In this document: positions 37,601 through 46,425 of the stretch, piece after piece
How positions within the stretch are numbered: position 1 is the stretch's first letter
How the letters are laid out: each line of letters opens with the position of its first letter
NCBI GenBank assembly: GCA_045106895.1
Contig: JBGCFM010000143.1
Span: forward strand, 1 to 64,000
Origin: Polyangiales bacterium
GTDB taxonomy: Bacteria; Myxococcota_A; Polyangia; Polyangiales; Houyiibacteriaceae
Reading direction: 5' to 3'
Length of the DNA stretch: 64,000 nucleotides
Made by a program: the position numbers and the translations under genes
Notes under the pieces: generated by a model
What the model was told of the DNA's origin: nothing
What the model saw: the letters and a program-made list of their open reading frames with translations, nothing else
The model's database searches: none

Positions 37601-37781
37601 GAGTTCCGGCACGCACAAGAAAAGCGAGGAGTCCGGCGTCGCCACCTTGGACCGCGACGAGGCGACCGCCGTTGAAGGTGAGTCGGCTGTCACCGACGGA
37701 CACCGCGCTGAGTGCGCCACGGCGGGCACAGTCGAGTAGGGCTCGGGCGGTAGGGCTCGGCTCAAGAGGCACGACGGCCAA
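31587..37781 (-). CDS. giant (about 2064 aa) TPR-repeat protein with an acidic low-complexity insert; myxobacterial motility-type architecture
   Basis: Uninterrupted ORF, repeated TPR-like motifs (ALEADPSSADAL, YLSGHPDDRSAAEAL, ALAIDPRCVPAL) and an EAE/EAP repeat block. Start uncertain. Confidence 0.8.
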   Translation of the reverse strand: MAVVPLEPSPTARALLDCARRGALSAVSVGDSRLTFNGGRLVAVQGGDAGLLAFLVRAGTLTPRDAREFDVGEDDEVLAALRERLGGSVLRRARRAAWIDRLVAVLDSDSPLSPAPLGPVATTLQGEAFIPILLDALARRAGNRDAGMVGAHAELVFAWRLEESEADLSEARRWLTYDPPEDESLARLLVRHPGAAPRLAALARAGFAMFITAEEAAETPRSELPNLGRASLAPARPPLRQLTPGATVPPPSLAIHDIQLPSFADQSAAPLEDPLFDIESRITFLEAMNAPGPDRAEAWAAAGDAWLQIHGALDEACRAYREAASADPTDITALLQSARLCIATGQRELARAYASSATAVASEQTAGECRRFEAKLALQSGERERAADLLRDHLELDGGDAEVWAFLALESGDAQLSAKAETILGGGGLSGVNLDSELRKAELLVRGGQPESAIHRLREHADTADDLGLARAMRLEAAEHAEFIRRPDLAFALLFDAFVRDASIQVLYEPLAHDAMEASEPELRAVLLERFATLTSGSVACDWFLRAAEAFAALPGQGRLWSHELTTRALEADPSSADALQALTMSADESRDANILADGLERAAVRADAAAAVPLFERLAGLAEARLGSVHRAAWAWRMVHARTGREDAGREALRLGEKAAVRSSLLRLAEEDLDSADDATRPAAVRRLAAMLRDHPEHRSRAAALYREYLSGHPDDRSAAEALRRLLALSGDPEARVSSLLDQHDRVSVSTDRDRLLDELTGLLALQGRWSMLTQRAQDWCTRSPSNHVAIARFELAARLVGNPRERRAARDARLQAPQRATHAPLWVERAREGTGGAAALEDLDRALAIDPRCVPALIERALLEYGSPTEQWERIEAARNVAPTDAVLLERAIDMSRQHQPDVLAELMRTAEASPDRARQRPPERFDAACESGDVERAMNALDAWLASVSRPSGMRIVAGARLMAETHPDDAARILVRATDQTSDPRLLSAADEYARDDETRALILERRVIWDDDFADALRELSVLRRNARRTPSEARTLLRVLADDPSDQRALTRLSEIYGECGEYERLYAIHALQRSASRGAAERERASIAMAVIAFRHLREPARARSAMEDLAADPASTETAAAVLSKLGDHRSAIDLLVRRADAARREHPTLAQRWVVTGVAIAETLLSSRPVAIEVAGDALKRGIRGADLMLLFERLTLREKDRETAMAVYDHLRKVAMGPHGRRGTTYRCARWLERLGDESAALQSYQAAFHDDPGDGVILSSIERLARRSGQLVVWADALRALADRQTHVDHRLRVERRLVALLDLDMGDPSAALDRLAGVWEDTQKSELVPEMRKLLNKVESPTERQAFVERIVGGLRARIDSTWNSDDQAATLGTLAELQYREAESPDAAAQTLHELSALLEEEEDIPPRFGADGFAHCAAAVLETSPELAREYAERALGYDHEHIGARGVVERLGVALPDPPKEQPQRDDAMSFADLADELDSGPAHAAYSEDTNTEALAENAENAVVEASETDAGEVHANEAEVAVQAEAEPEAEPEAEPEAEPEAEPEAEPEAEEAEPAAEEAEPAAEEAEPAAEEAEAPEEAEAPEEAEAPEEAEPAAEEAEAPEEAEAPEEAEEAEEAEEAEEAEEAEEAEEAEEAEEAEEAEEAEEAEEARDDERDQPETRSVPGTPESRYGRVTGDTNATDSATNEQASNSRGLEHTAPASANRWLRPPEPLDGEGDLRVKVQSGDPDAALALAELLAATPGRERESVEVLVGALRRTPWCRELLAPLEDHAERTDARAVLQTVRELNAFLNEELITVNRTWRSAIKRGEAAELVRDHGHPFLDALGLVWAEAGLLFRASHEDLGIVGTERVTALTLGPLGHAATYVSADIPIFRGPGEGVKPAPTLPPAIVAGSVLDPDSLPFRFAAAAALCASEHILIASLDDTQLKVVVDAVYAAFGPAKAANTVSHEAAIQMGELWRTIPARRQTTLRRLVGSEERPDIDHLRGIVWECAGRAGYLADGRIAESLHFVGIQPAEYEEHMQRSPAGAAIVRLAFSNTLITVRS
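32782..33160. repeat. nested in-frame tandem repeat (VNTR) encoding EEA/EAP/EPAA/EAEP
   Basis: 14 perfect copies of GCTTCTTCG (32782-32907), then mixed 18- and 21-bp units, then 6 copies of GCTTCTGGTTCG (33082-33153). Confidence 0.95.
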
Positions 37782-37876
37782 ACTCTACATTAAAGACAGG
37801 CAAAAAAGCGGACTTCAGGGGCGAAAGGCAAAGGGAAGACGCTGGACTCACCCAGAGTGAGCCGAACACGCCGAAA

Positions 37877-39580
37877 TCATTGAATTCGAAGGGCAAAAGG
37901 GAGCGCCGCCAATATCGATTCTTGCTCGAGGAGGGCAGGAAACCACATCCATTCTTCGGCGAGGGGGCGGAGTGGGCCGAGGGCGGGGACTCGCGCCTCG
38001 TTCGCCCGGGCGCCGAGTGCCTCACCGAGAGCGGCGATAGGGGAGGGGGCTTCGGGCCATACTTCGATGGGAAGGGTTCCTTGTTCGTCCTCGGCGCGCA
38101 CTCGAGCCTCTGCGATGGCGGCGCGCAGGCCTCCTGCTTCGTCGATGAGACCACGTTCGATTCCCTGTCGACCGCTCATCACGCGACCTTCGGCGGCGTC
38201 GAGGATTTCGCTTTGGGTTCGGCCACGGCCGGCCGCGACGCGACGAATGAATCGGTAGTAGGCGCTACGCAGGAGCCGTTGAAAGGCGACCTCTTGGGAG
38301 TCGCTGAAAGGGGTGAGCGGGGAACTCCAGTTGGCGTTTGGACCGCGCCGCAGGGTCTCGGGGTGGACACCAATCTCCTCCGCGAGACCCGCGAAGCTCA
38401 TCTTCCCACCGACGACGCCGATGCTCCCAACGATGGACCCGGGGTGAGCGAAGATGACGTCTGCTGCGGAGGCGATATAGTAACCGCCGCTCGCCGCTAC
38501 ATCTCCAACCGATGCGATGACGGGCTTCGCCGCTTGCGCCTCGCGGACCGCGTTCCACATCACGTCGCTTGCGATAACGGAGCCACCGGGGCTGTCGATT
38601 CGCAGAACGATGGCGGCGACGTTGTCATCCTCGGCGAACTCATGGAGAGCTTCGACAAAAGGTCCAGAGACCGCTTGGCCAGAACGGCTGCGGGTGCCGT
38701 CCACGATGGAGCCATCGACGTGCACAAGGGCGATGCGTCGACCCGCCTGAGCTTCGCTCGCGTCTTCGCCACCGAGGAGTAAGCCGCTGAGGCTGAACTC
38801 CTGGTCGTTCTGAGGTGGGAAGACCCGCCGAACTTCAGCGTTCGAGAGTGACGCGCGGAGAGCGGAGCGGGCGCTTCTCGCGACGACGATGTCATCAACG
38901 AGGTTTCGCTCGAGGGCGGGCACGGAAGTGTAAGGACCGTCGTCCACGACGGAGTGGTCCAGCTCCCGCGCGCGGAGAGCCTCCGCGAAGACGGCGTCGA
39001 TATCATCAAGGAGCGAGCCGAGGGACTCCTGCGCCGTCGCGGGCATTGTGTCCTCGGTAAACATGTCCCCGGCACCCTTGAAGCGCCCAACATGAAGAAT
39101 GTTTGCCTCAACGCCGATGTGTTCCAGCAGCCCTTTCAGGTAGACCACCTGGAACGCAAGCCCGACAAGGTCGACGACGCCAGCGGGAGTCATCGAGATT
39201 CGGTCGCAGTGCGCGGCCATCAACGCGTATCCAGCGTTGTCCGTGGCGTCGAAATGACAGTGCACGGCTTTGCCCGCTTCGCGAATCGCGGCGAGTCCAT
39301 CGCCGAGGTCGGTGAGTCTCCCCCACGCTCCGCCGAATCCGCCAACGCGAATGAAGACGCCTTTGCATTCTTCGTCTTCGGCCGCGCTATCGAGGGCTTC
39401 AAGAGCACCGTGAATCGACGGTGTGACGCCTTGCATGAGTGAAGCGCCGGGGGCGGACGACGGCGGCATGCTGAAGTCGAACTCGCGAATCTCGCTCGGT
39501 GGCGTGCGCTCGGATCGACTCCCGCATGAGAGTAAGAGCCCGCAGAGGAGTGCGGGCACGAGTCTTCTTGCGAAGCTCAA
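37877..39580 (-). CDS. sppA: signal peptide peptidase SppA (long, two-domain S49), lipoprotein-type N-terminus
   Basis: LLLSC; VGRFKGA (Lys); LRIDSPGGS, AASGGYYIA (Ser), VGSIGV, AEGRVMSG. Confidence 0.9.
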   Translation of the reverse strand: MSFARRLVPALLCGLLLSCGSRSERTPPSEIREFDFSMPPSSAPGASLMQGVTPSIHGALEALDSAAEDEECKGVFIRVGGFGGAWGRLTDLGDGLAAIREAGKAVHCHFDATDNAGYALMAAHCDRISMTPAGVVDLVGLAFQVVYLKGLLEHIGVEANILHVGRFKGAGDMFTEDTMPATAQESLGSLLDDIDAVFAEALRARELDHSVVDDGPYTSVPALERNLVDDIVVARSARSALRASLSNAEVRRVFPPQNDQEFSLSGLLLGGEDASEAQAGRRIALVHVDGSIVDGTRSRSGQAVSGPFVEALHEFAEDDNVAAIVLRIDSPGGSVIASDVMWNAVREAQAAKPVIASVGDVAASGGYYIASAADVIFAHPGSIVGSIGVVGGKMSFAGLAEEIGVHPETLRRGPNANWSSPLTPFSDSQEVAFQRLLRSAYYRFIRRVAAGRGRTQSEILDAAEGRVMSGRQGIERGLIDEAGGLRAAIAEARVRAEDEQGTLPIEVWPEAPSPIAALGEALGARANEARVPALGPLRPLAEEWMWFPALLEQESILAALPFALRIQ

Positions 39581-42003
39581 ATCGTATCGCCTTCAGCAGG
39601 CGTCGCGGGCTCTGGGGCTGGCTCTGGAGATGCTTCTTGGGGCGCAGCTTCCATCGTTGAATCTTCGGCTGGCGGAGCCTCCGTCGGCTCGGCGGGGGGC
39701 TCGTCCATCGTCGGTGCCGGCGCGTCACCACCTGTCGGCCGAAGGGCCTCAAGTTGGCGTCGGGCTACATTTGCCTGGGGGCCGTTGGGGCGGCTCGAGA
39801 GGTAGTCTTCGTAGACCTGCGCCGCTTCGTCGCGTCGTCCCATTCGTCGAAGCGCCTCGCCAAGACCGATAAACGCATCGCCGTAGTGGTTGCGTCTGGC
39901 CTGCCCAAAGTAGCGAACCGCGGAGTCGTAGCGGCGACGCTCGAGTTCAACGTATCCAAGTCCTGTGAGAGCCTCAGAGGCGCCCGGTCGAACTTCCACC
40001 GCCGCTTGGTAGTACTCGCGGGCCTGACCAATTCTCCCGCGATCCATAAGGGAGTCGCCCTGGCCGATGTACCAGCTGTAGTCGCGACCTTCCGGCGGCG
40101 GCCCATCGGCCGTGGTCGTGGCCGTGGACGAGCGCATCGAAGAGGAACGGCCGCTACTCGTTTCACCTCGCGGAGTCTCAGGCGTCTCGACGTCGGTCTC
40201 GCTTTCAGGCGTCTGCGTGGCAACGGGGGCCTCGGGCGTTGGAGTCTCGCCTTCGTCACCGCCGGCGGCGACAATGGGCGCCGCTGGCGGGACACCGCTG
40301 TCCATGGCGGAGTTGAGCGCGAGTGCGCCAGCGTGCTCTGGTTGATCGGCGAGCAGCGCCCGTGTTTGTTCGCGTGCGCTCTCGACGTTGCCGTTTGAGA
40401 GGTGTGCCCTTGCAAGCGTCAACCTGGCGAGAACCAAGCTGCCATCCGCTTCGACGGCAGCGTTCGCGCCGTCGAGGGCGTCGCTCATCGTCCCGGTCGT
40501 CGCTGCGAGGAGGGCGCGAGTAAGATGGAAGTCTGGGGTTCGTTCCGGGAGTCGTTCTTGCGCACGGTCGATATGCGTTTGAGCCGCGTCGACATCACCC
40601 AGCAGGCGAGCCGCGCTGGCGAAGGCGACTTCTGCCGCTCCGTGACCGTCGTTGAGGCCGAGGGCGATTTCCGCGTTCTCTTGCCCACGCTCTGCGTGGC
40701 GGCGAAGTTCGGCGCGAATTCGAGTTGCTTCGTCGGCGAGTGCTGGGTCGCTTGGCGCCTCTTCGGCAGCTTCGCTCTCGCCTTCGTTGGCCTCCGCCGT
40801 GGCTTGGGCCGCGGCGAGGCGCGCGTCGATGTCCGATGCCTGAAACGCCAACATCTGAGCCCAGTAGACTTCGGCGCGAGCGATCGCGGCGTAGACGGCT
40901 GGGTCTTCGGGGGCGATAGCGGAGGCACGGGTATATGCGCGAATCGCGTCATCATACCCGTCAACGGTGCCGAGGCTGAACGCCGTGTCGCCTTCTTCAA
41001 GGAACCCGGCGGCGGGGTCATCGGGGCTCATGCCCACGAGAGGAGCGACTTGGTCCCACAGTAGGCCGACGGTGACGCCGCCGGCGACGAGGAGAATGAG
41101 CGCGACCCAAAGAAACGGACGGCCGCCGCCGGATGAGGGCAAGGCCGGGGATTCTTCGTCGACATACAAGGACGCCGTCTGTGCAGAGCGCGCGGCCTTC
41201 GGCGGAGCCGGTTCATCCAGGCGTGGTGCTCGTCCAGGTGCGGCGGCGGGTGGAGCGTCCGAGAGCTTTGGTGCTCGCTGAGGCGCGACGTGCGTGGCGG
41301 CGCTTTCGTCGATGCGAGGCGCGACATTCGCCGGTCGACTCGGAGGAGTGGAGGGCGCCGTCGGCGTCGGAGGTCGGGGCTTTGGAGGCGCCGGTCGTGA
41401 TGGTTTGGGTTGCGGGGGCGCAGCCTTCGGAGCCGGCTGTGGAGGCGCTGGCTTCGGGGGCGTGGGCTTCGGCGGCGCCGACTTGGGGGGGGAGGGTTTC
41501 GGGGGGGCCGACTTAGGCGGGGCGGGCTTCGGCGGCGCAGACTTCGGCGGCGCAGACTTCGGCGGCGCAGACTTCGGCGCCGGTTTGGGTGGGGCAACTC
41601 TCGCGGGGCTTGGTGCCGGCGCAGTGCCGACGCCGAAGAGGGTTTGTTTGCGTCCCTCTGCCGGGGCAGGCGTCGCACTCCGCGCTGCCTTTGCAGCCTG
41701 AAAAAATGTGCGGAGTTCGGCGATGTCACCAAGCCGCTTCCACGCTTCGCCGGAACGGGAGATTCGATCGTTTTCTTCAACCTGACCTTGGGTGATCGCT
41801 TGTTGAAGCTCACGCAGTGATGCGAGCGTTTGCTCGCTGCCGTCGCCGCGCCGCAGGATCCAAGGTCGTTCCCCTTCACCTTCGTTGCGGTACACCTTAA
41901 AGAGGTGCCCACAGTTCGTGCACTTGACGGTAGTTCCGCGTTCCGAAACGAGAGTCTCGTCAAACTCGTACTCGGTGGAGCAGCGTTCGCAGGTTACGTC
42001 CAT
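39577..42003 (-). CDS. zinc-ribbon (MJ0042-type) + GYF_2-like + Pro-rich + TM + periplasmic TPR protein
   Basis: CERC...VKCTNCGHLF; LRELQQAITQGQV...ISRSGEAWKRLGDIAEL; (PPKSA)n; TM FLWVALILLVAGGVTVGLLW; TPR motifs. Confidence 0.85.
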   Translation of the reverse strand: MDVTCERCSTEYEFDETLVSERGTTVKCTNCGHLFKVYRNEGEGERPWILRRGDGSEQTLASLRELQQAITQGQVEENDRISRSGEAWKRLGDIAELRTFFQAAKAARSATPAPAEGRKQTLFGVGTAPAPSPARVAPPKPAPKSAPPKSAPPKSAPPKPAPPKSAPPKPSPPKSAPPKPTPPKPAPPQPAPKAAPPQPKPSRPAPPKPRPPTPTAPSTPPSRPANVAPRIDESAATHVAPQRAPKLSDAPPAAAPGRAPRLDEPAPPKAARSAQTASLYVDEESPALPSSGGGRPFLWVALILLVAGGVTVGLLWDQVAPLVGMSPDDPAAGFLEEGDTAFSLGTVDGYDDAIRAYTRASAIAPEDPAVYAAIARAEVYWAQMLAFQASDIDARLAAAQATAEANEGESEAAEEAPSDPALADEATRIRAELRRHAERGQENAEIALGLNDGHGAAEVAFASAARLLGDVDAAQTHIDRAQERLPERTPDFHLTRALLAATTGTMSDALDGANAAVEADGSLVLARLTLARAHLSNGNVESAREQTRALLADQPEHAGALALNSAMDSGVPPAAPIVAAGGDEGETPTPEAPVATQTPESETDVETPETPRGETSSGRSSSMRSSTATTTADGPPPEGRDYSWYIGQGDSLMDRGRIGQAREYYQAAVEVRPGASEALTGLGYVELERRRYDSAVRYFGQARRNHYGDAFIGLGEALRRMGRRDEAAQVYEDYLSSRPNGPQANVARRQLEALRPTGGDAPAPTMDEPPAEPTEAPPAEDSTMEAAPQEASPEPAPEPATPAEGDTI
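41527..41571. repeat. 3 perfect 15-bp tandem copies (CTTCGGCGGCGCAGA) in the Pro-rich linker
   Basis: Read directly; encodes SAPPK units, with degenerate copies on both sides. Confidence 0.85.
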
Positions 42004-42073
42004 TCGGCCGGGACAATAGCACCGTTTCGATTCCCAAATAGGACGTTCACGCTTCTTTGTGATTCTCTGCCAG

Positions 42074-42082
42074 TGCTATGGT
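42074..42082 (+). promoter_or_regulatory. extended -10 (TG-C-TATGGT) 6 nt before the deoC ATG (candidate leaderless promoter)
   Basis: TGcTATGGT-cccgcc-ATG. Confidence 0.5.
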
Positions 42083-42088
42083 CCCGCC

Positions 42089-42769
42089 ATGGCTGAATTG
42101 GTGCGTGGAGACCTCGCTTCTTTGATCGATCACACCGCTCTGAATCCCGCTTTGGCCGGGGAACAGATCGACCGACTTTGTGACGAAGTTGTGGAATTCG
42201 GCTTCGCGACGGCGTGCGTCGCGAGTCGTTGGGTCGCCCGTGCTCATAAACGACTGGGAACACTGGGGCGGGTGTGCTCCGTGGTCGGTTTTCCCCACGG
42301 GGACTCCTCGTTGCAGGCAAAAGTGGCCGAAACACGCCAGGCCGTGTCCGACGGCGCATCGGAGATCGACATGGTCATCGCTTTCGGTGCCCTCATCGAT
42401 GGCGACGAAGACGCTGTGTTTCGGGAGATTGAGGCCGTCGTAAAGGCTGCCGAAGATGCTGTTGTGAAGGTCATTCTTGAGTCCGCCCGCCTCGACCACG
42501 CTCAGCTGGTGCGTGGGTGTCAGCTCTCGAAAGACGCCGGCGCGGGGTTTGTGAAGACATCGACCGGGTTTGGCCCCGGGGGCGCGACGGTCGAAGCTGT
42601 GGCAGCGATGAGGGCCACTGTTGGGCCCGAAATGGGCGTCAAAGCCTCCGGCGGCGTTCGAAGCGCTGCGGATGCGGACGCGATGATCGAAGCCGGGGCC
42701 ACGCGCCTTGGGGCCAGCTCAGGCATCGTGATCGTGAGCGGTGGAACGAGCGACGGATCCTACGGATGA
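42089..42769 (+). CDS. deoC: deoxyribose-phosphate aldolase
   Basis: IDHTAL, VVGFPHG, GASEIDMV, VKVILE, FVKTSTGF, GVKASGGVR, RLGASSG. Confidence 0.95.
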   Translation: MAELVRGDLASLIDHTALNPALAGEQIDRLCDEVVEFGFATACVASRWVARAHKRLGTLGRVCSVVGFPHGDSSLQAKVAETRQAVSDGASEIDMVIAFGALIDGDEDAVFREIEAVVKAAEDAVVKVILESARLDHAQLVRGCQLSKDAGAGFVKTSTGFGPGGATVEAVAAMRATVGPEMGVKASGGVRSAADADAMIEAGATRLGASSGIVIVSGGTSDGSYG

Positions 42770-43191
42770 AGTTGCCAATCGCGGGTCAGTCGGCATCGAA
42801 GGCTGAGCGTGTCTTCTCCCCGGCGCACTCATTGCCGCGTGCGCTCGTCATCGTCGCTGACCCAGGAGTTTCGACCTGGGCGTTCCTGGACGGCGTTTCC
42901 GTCCCGATATACCGGGTTTCCGAAGGCGAGGTGTGGTCGTCCCAGGCACGTAATCAGCCTTTGAAGCACGACGTGCTGACCGGAGCCCCGCTTGAGATTG
43001 CCGCCCACATCGCGGATAAAAAGTGCGTTCTTCTGGGGGATTGGGTGGCATCCTGGGCCCATGTCGCCTGCCGAGTGTGGCTGACGCGAGCGGGGATCCG
43101 CACTTCGAGGCAAACAACGGCGCCTTGGGACCTTGTTCTCGCGGACACTCGCCCCAGAGTCATTCAGAGCCTGCTCCTGAAGATTCCCTAA
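42766..43191 (+). CDS. hypothetical protein (141 aa)
   Basis: ATGA overlap with the deoC stop (MKLPIAGQ...); fills the gap to the next promoter region. Confidence 0.55.
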   Translation: MKLPIAGQSASKAERVFSPAHSLPRALVIVADPGVSTWAFLDGVSVPIYRVSEGEVWSSQARNQPLKHDVLTGAPLEIAAHIADKKCVLLGDWVASWAHVACRVWLTRAGIRTSRQTTAPWDLVLADTRPRVIQSLLLKIP

Positions 43192-43239
43192 GGAGTCGAT
43201 ACGCAGATTTTGCGTTTCTACTTATTAACTGGGCTCACA

Positions 43240-43269
43240 TTGCAGAAGACCGTTCGGACCTGGTAGTGT
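43240..43269 (+). promoter_or_regulatory. sigma70-like promoter of citrate synthase
   Basis: TTGCAG (43240-45), 18 bp, TG-G-TAGTGT (hexamer 43264-69), preceded by an AT-rich tract. Confidence 0.4.
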
Positions 43270-43321
43270 CCGCCGACTTTCTGGCGGTATCCACCGCCTC
43301 GAACCCCCTGAAAAGGAAAAT

Positions 43322-44455
<1,134 letters not shown>

Positions 44456-44492
44456 CGCCTCTGGTGGTGCGTGGGGCCTTCGGCGTTCAGCG

Positions 44493-45596
44493 CTACTGCG
44501 CGCCCACGCACTCGGGGAGACGACCCTGCTCGTCGAGTTCGGTGCGCATCACGAGATCATCTTCGGTACCGACGCGATGCAGAACGCAGTCGCTACCGAC
44601 AATGACGGCCTTCACTTCGAAGGGCAGGCTCTCGATCATCTCCACGGCACGCTCAGGCCCGAGGACGAAGGCCGCCGTCGACAGCGCGTCCGCGTAGAGG
44701 CCGCTCGGAGCGACGAGCGTGACGCTCATGGTGCGTTCGACGGGCTCGCCGGTGCGCGGGTCTAAGATGTGATGCCAGCGCCGACCGTCTTCGTCGAAAT
44801 AGACGTTTTCGTAGTCGCCGGATGTCGAGATAGAACCGCTCTCAGCCTCGAGGAATCCGAAGTAGGTCTCGTTGGCGCGTGGATGCATGATGCCTACACG
44901 CCACGCGCGGTCCTGGCGGCGTCCATTGACCTGAACCTGTCCGCCGGCGAAGAGCATGTAGTTCTCAATGCCCGCCTCACGCAAAATCTCGCCGGCGCGA
45001 TCCAGCGCGTATCCCTTGCCGATGCCGCCGGTTCCAATCTCCATGTTTCGTCGTTTGAGAAAGATGGAGCGTGTCTCTTCGTCGATCTCGATGCGCTGGT
45101 AGTCGATGAGCGGCAGACGGGCGCGAACTTCACGCCGCTGCGGAATGCGTTGCTGGCCAGGCCGGAAGTCGTAGAGACCCCGAAGCGCTGCCCAAGAGAG
45201 GTCGAAGCCACCTTCGCTCCACTGGGAGACGTTGACCCCGGCGTTGACGACAGTGAACACCTCTTCGGAGGCAACGATGGGGGAGACGCCGGCGTTCCGA
45301 TTGACGGCGGAGATTTCTGAGTCCTCGCGCCACTCCGACAGGACCGTTTCAAGCCGCTCGATCTCCTGAAGCGCCGCGTTGACAGCGGGCTCTGCGACGG
45401 AGGGCGGGGCATCGACGTTGATGATGAAGATGGTGCCCATCAGAGGGCGGCGCCGCGTAAAAAGGGGCGGAGGCTCATTGGTCGCTTCGGGAGTTTCGTC
45501 GGCGCTGGGCACGTTGACGGTTTCGACGACAGGTGGCTGCTCTTCATCGCAGGCGACGAATGTGAGTGCGAGTGCGAGGGGAAGGAGCTTCATCAT
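44493..45596 (-). CDS. apbE: FAD:protein FMN transferase lipoprotein
   Basis: Lipobox FVAC; LMGT, SEISAVN, GGIGKGYALD, STSGDYE, HHILDPRTG, ADALSTA. Confidence 0.92.
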   Translation of the reverse strand: MMKLLPLALALTFVACDEEQPPVVETVNVPSADETPEATNEPPPLFTRRRPLMGTIFIINVDAPPSVAEPAVNAALQEIERLETVLSEWREDSEISAVNRNAGVSPIVASEEVFTVVNAGVNVSQWSEGGFDLSWAALRGLYDFRPGQQRIPQRREVRARLPLIDYQRIEIDEETRSIFLKRRNMEIGTGGIGKGYALDRAGEILREAGIENYMLFAGGQVQVNGRRQDRAWRVGIMHPRANETYFGFLEAESGSISTSGDYENVYFDEDGRRWHHILDPRTGEPVERTMSVTLVAPSGLYADALSTAAFVLGPERAVEMIESLPFEVKAVIVGSDCVLHRVGTEDDLVMRTELDEQGRLPECVGAQ

Positions 45597-45672
45597 CAGA
45601 CGGCGCACTATATCGTCATCCCTCGAAGCGTCGAGTGATAGACGAGGGCCGAAGAGCCGCTATGGTGCCGCC

Positions 45673-46425
45673 GTGTCTCGCTATTGGGTCGCAGCTCTTA
45701 TCCTTGGCTCGCTCGCGCCCACAGCGCCCGCAGGGGCATTCGGTGAAGCGACGGCGGTGGAGATCCGTTGCGTCGTGGTCGGGAACGCGACGGACCCACA
45801 TACGCCGGAGGCCGCTAGGCGTCTCGCGTGGGAGACGAGGCAACGGACGAGCGTGGACACGGAGCTTCGCTCGCGCGCCATTCGTTTGGATGCCGCGGAG
45901 CTTTTCCAGTCCCCGTTGCTCTACTGGCGCGGGGACGCGGCTTTCGCGCCACTGAGCGAAGCTGAAATCGTTGGCTTGAGGCGCTTCCTTCAGTTCGGCG
46001 GCTTCCTATTGATCGATGACGCCGCCCCCGATGGCAACGACGGATTCGATACCTCGATCCGGCGGGCGTTGAGACGTGCATTGCCGACGAGTCCCTTGGC
46101 GCCGCTCAGCAGCGGGCACGTGATCTACCGCTCCTACTATCTTGTGGACCGTCCCGTCGGGCGTCGACGGGGGCCGGCTTCGCTGGAGGCGGTTGTTCTC
46201 GAGGAGCGCGTCGCTGTCGCGTACGGGCGACACGATTTTGGCGGCGCTTGGGCGCGCGACAACCTGGGCAACTGGCTCTTCAACGTGGCGCCGGGCGGGG
46301 ACCGGCAGCGTGAATTGGCGATTCGTTTCGGTGTCAACGTTGTGATGTACGCGCTGTGTCTTGACTACAAAGACGACCAAGTTCACGCGCCTTACATCAT
46401 GCGACGGCGTGCCGGTACCCCATGA
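45673..46425 (+). CDS. DUF4159 domain protein
   Basis: PLLYWRG, LRRFLQFGGFLLIDD, HVIYRSYY, DFGGAW, AIRFGVNVVMYAL..DYK.DQVH. GTG 45673 chosen (TATGGT 6 nt upstream). Confidence 0.88.
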   Translation: MSRYWVAALILGSLAPTAPAGAFGEATAVEIRCVVVGNATDPHTPEAARRLAWETRQRTSVDTELRSRAIRLDAAELFQSPLLYWRGDAAFAPLSEAEIVGLRRFLQFGGFLLIDDAAPDGNDGFDTSIRRALRRALPTSPLAPLSSGHVIYRSYYLVDRPVGRRRGPASLEAVVLEERVAVAYGRHDFGGAWARDNLGNWLFNVAPGGDRQRELAIRFGVNVVMYALCLDYKDDQVHAPYIMRRRAGTP

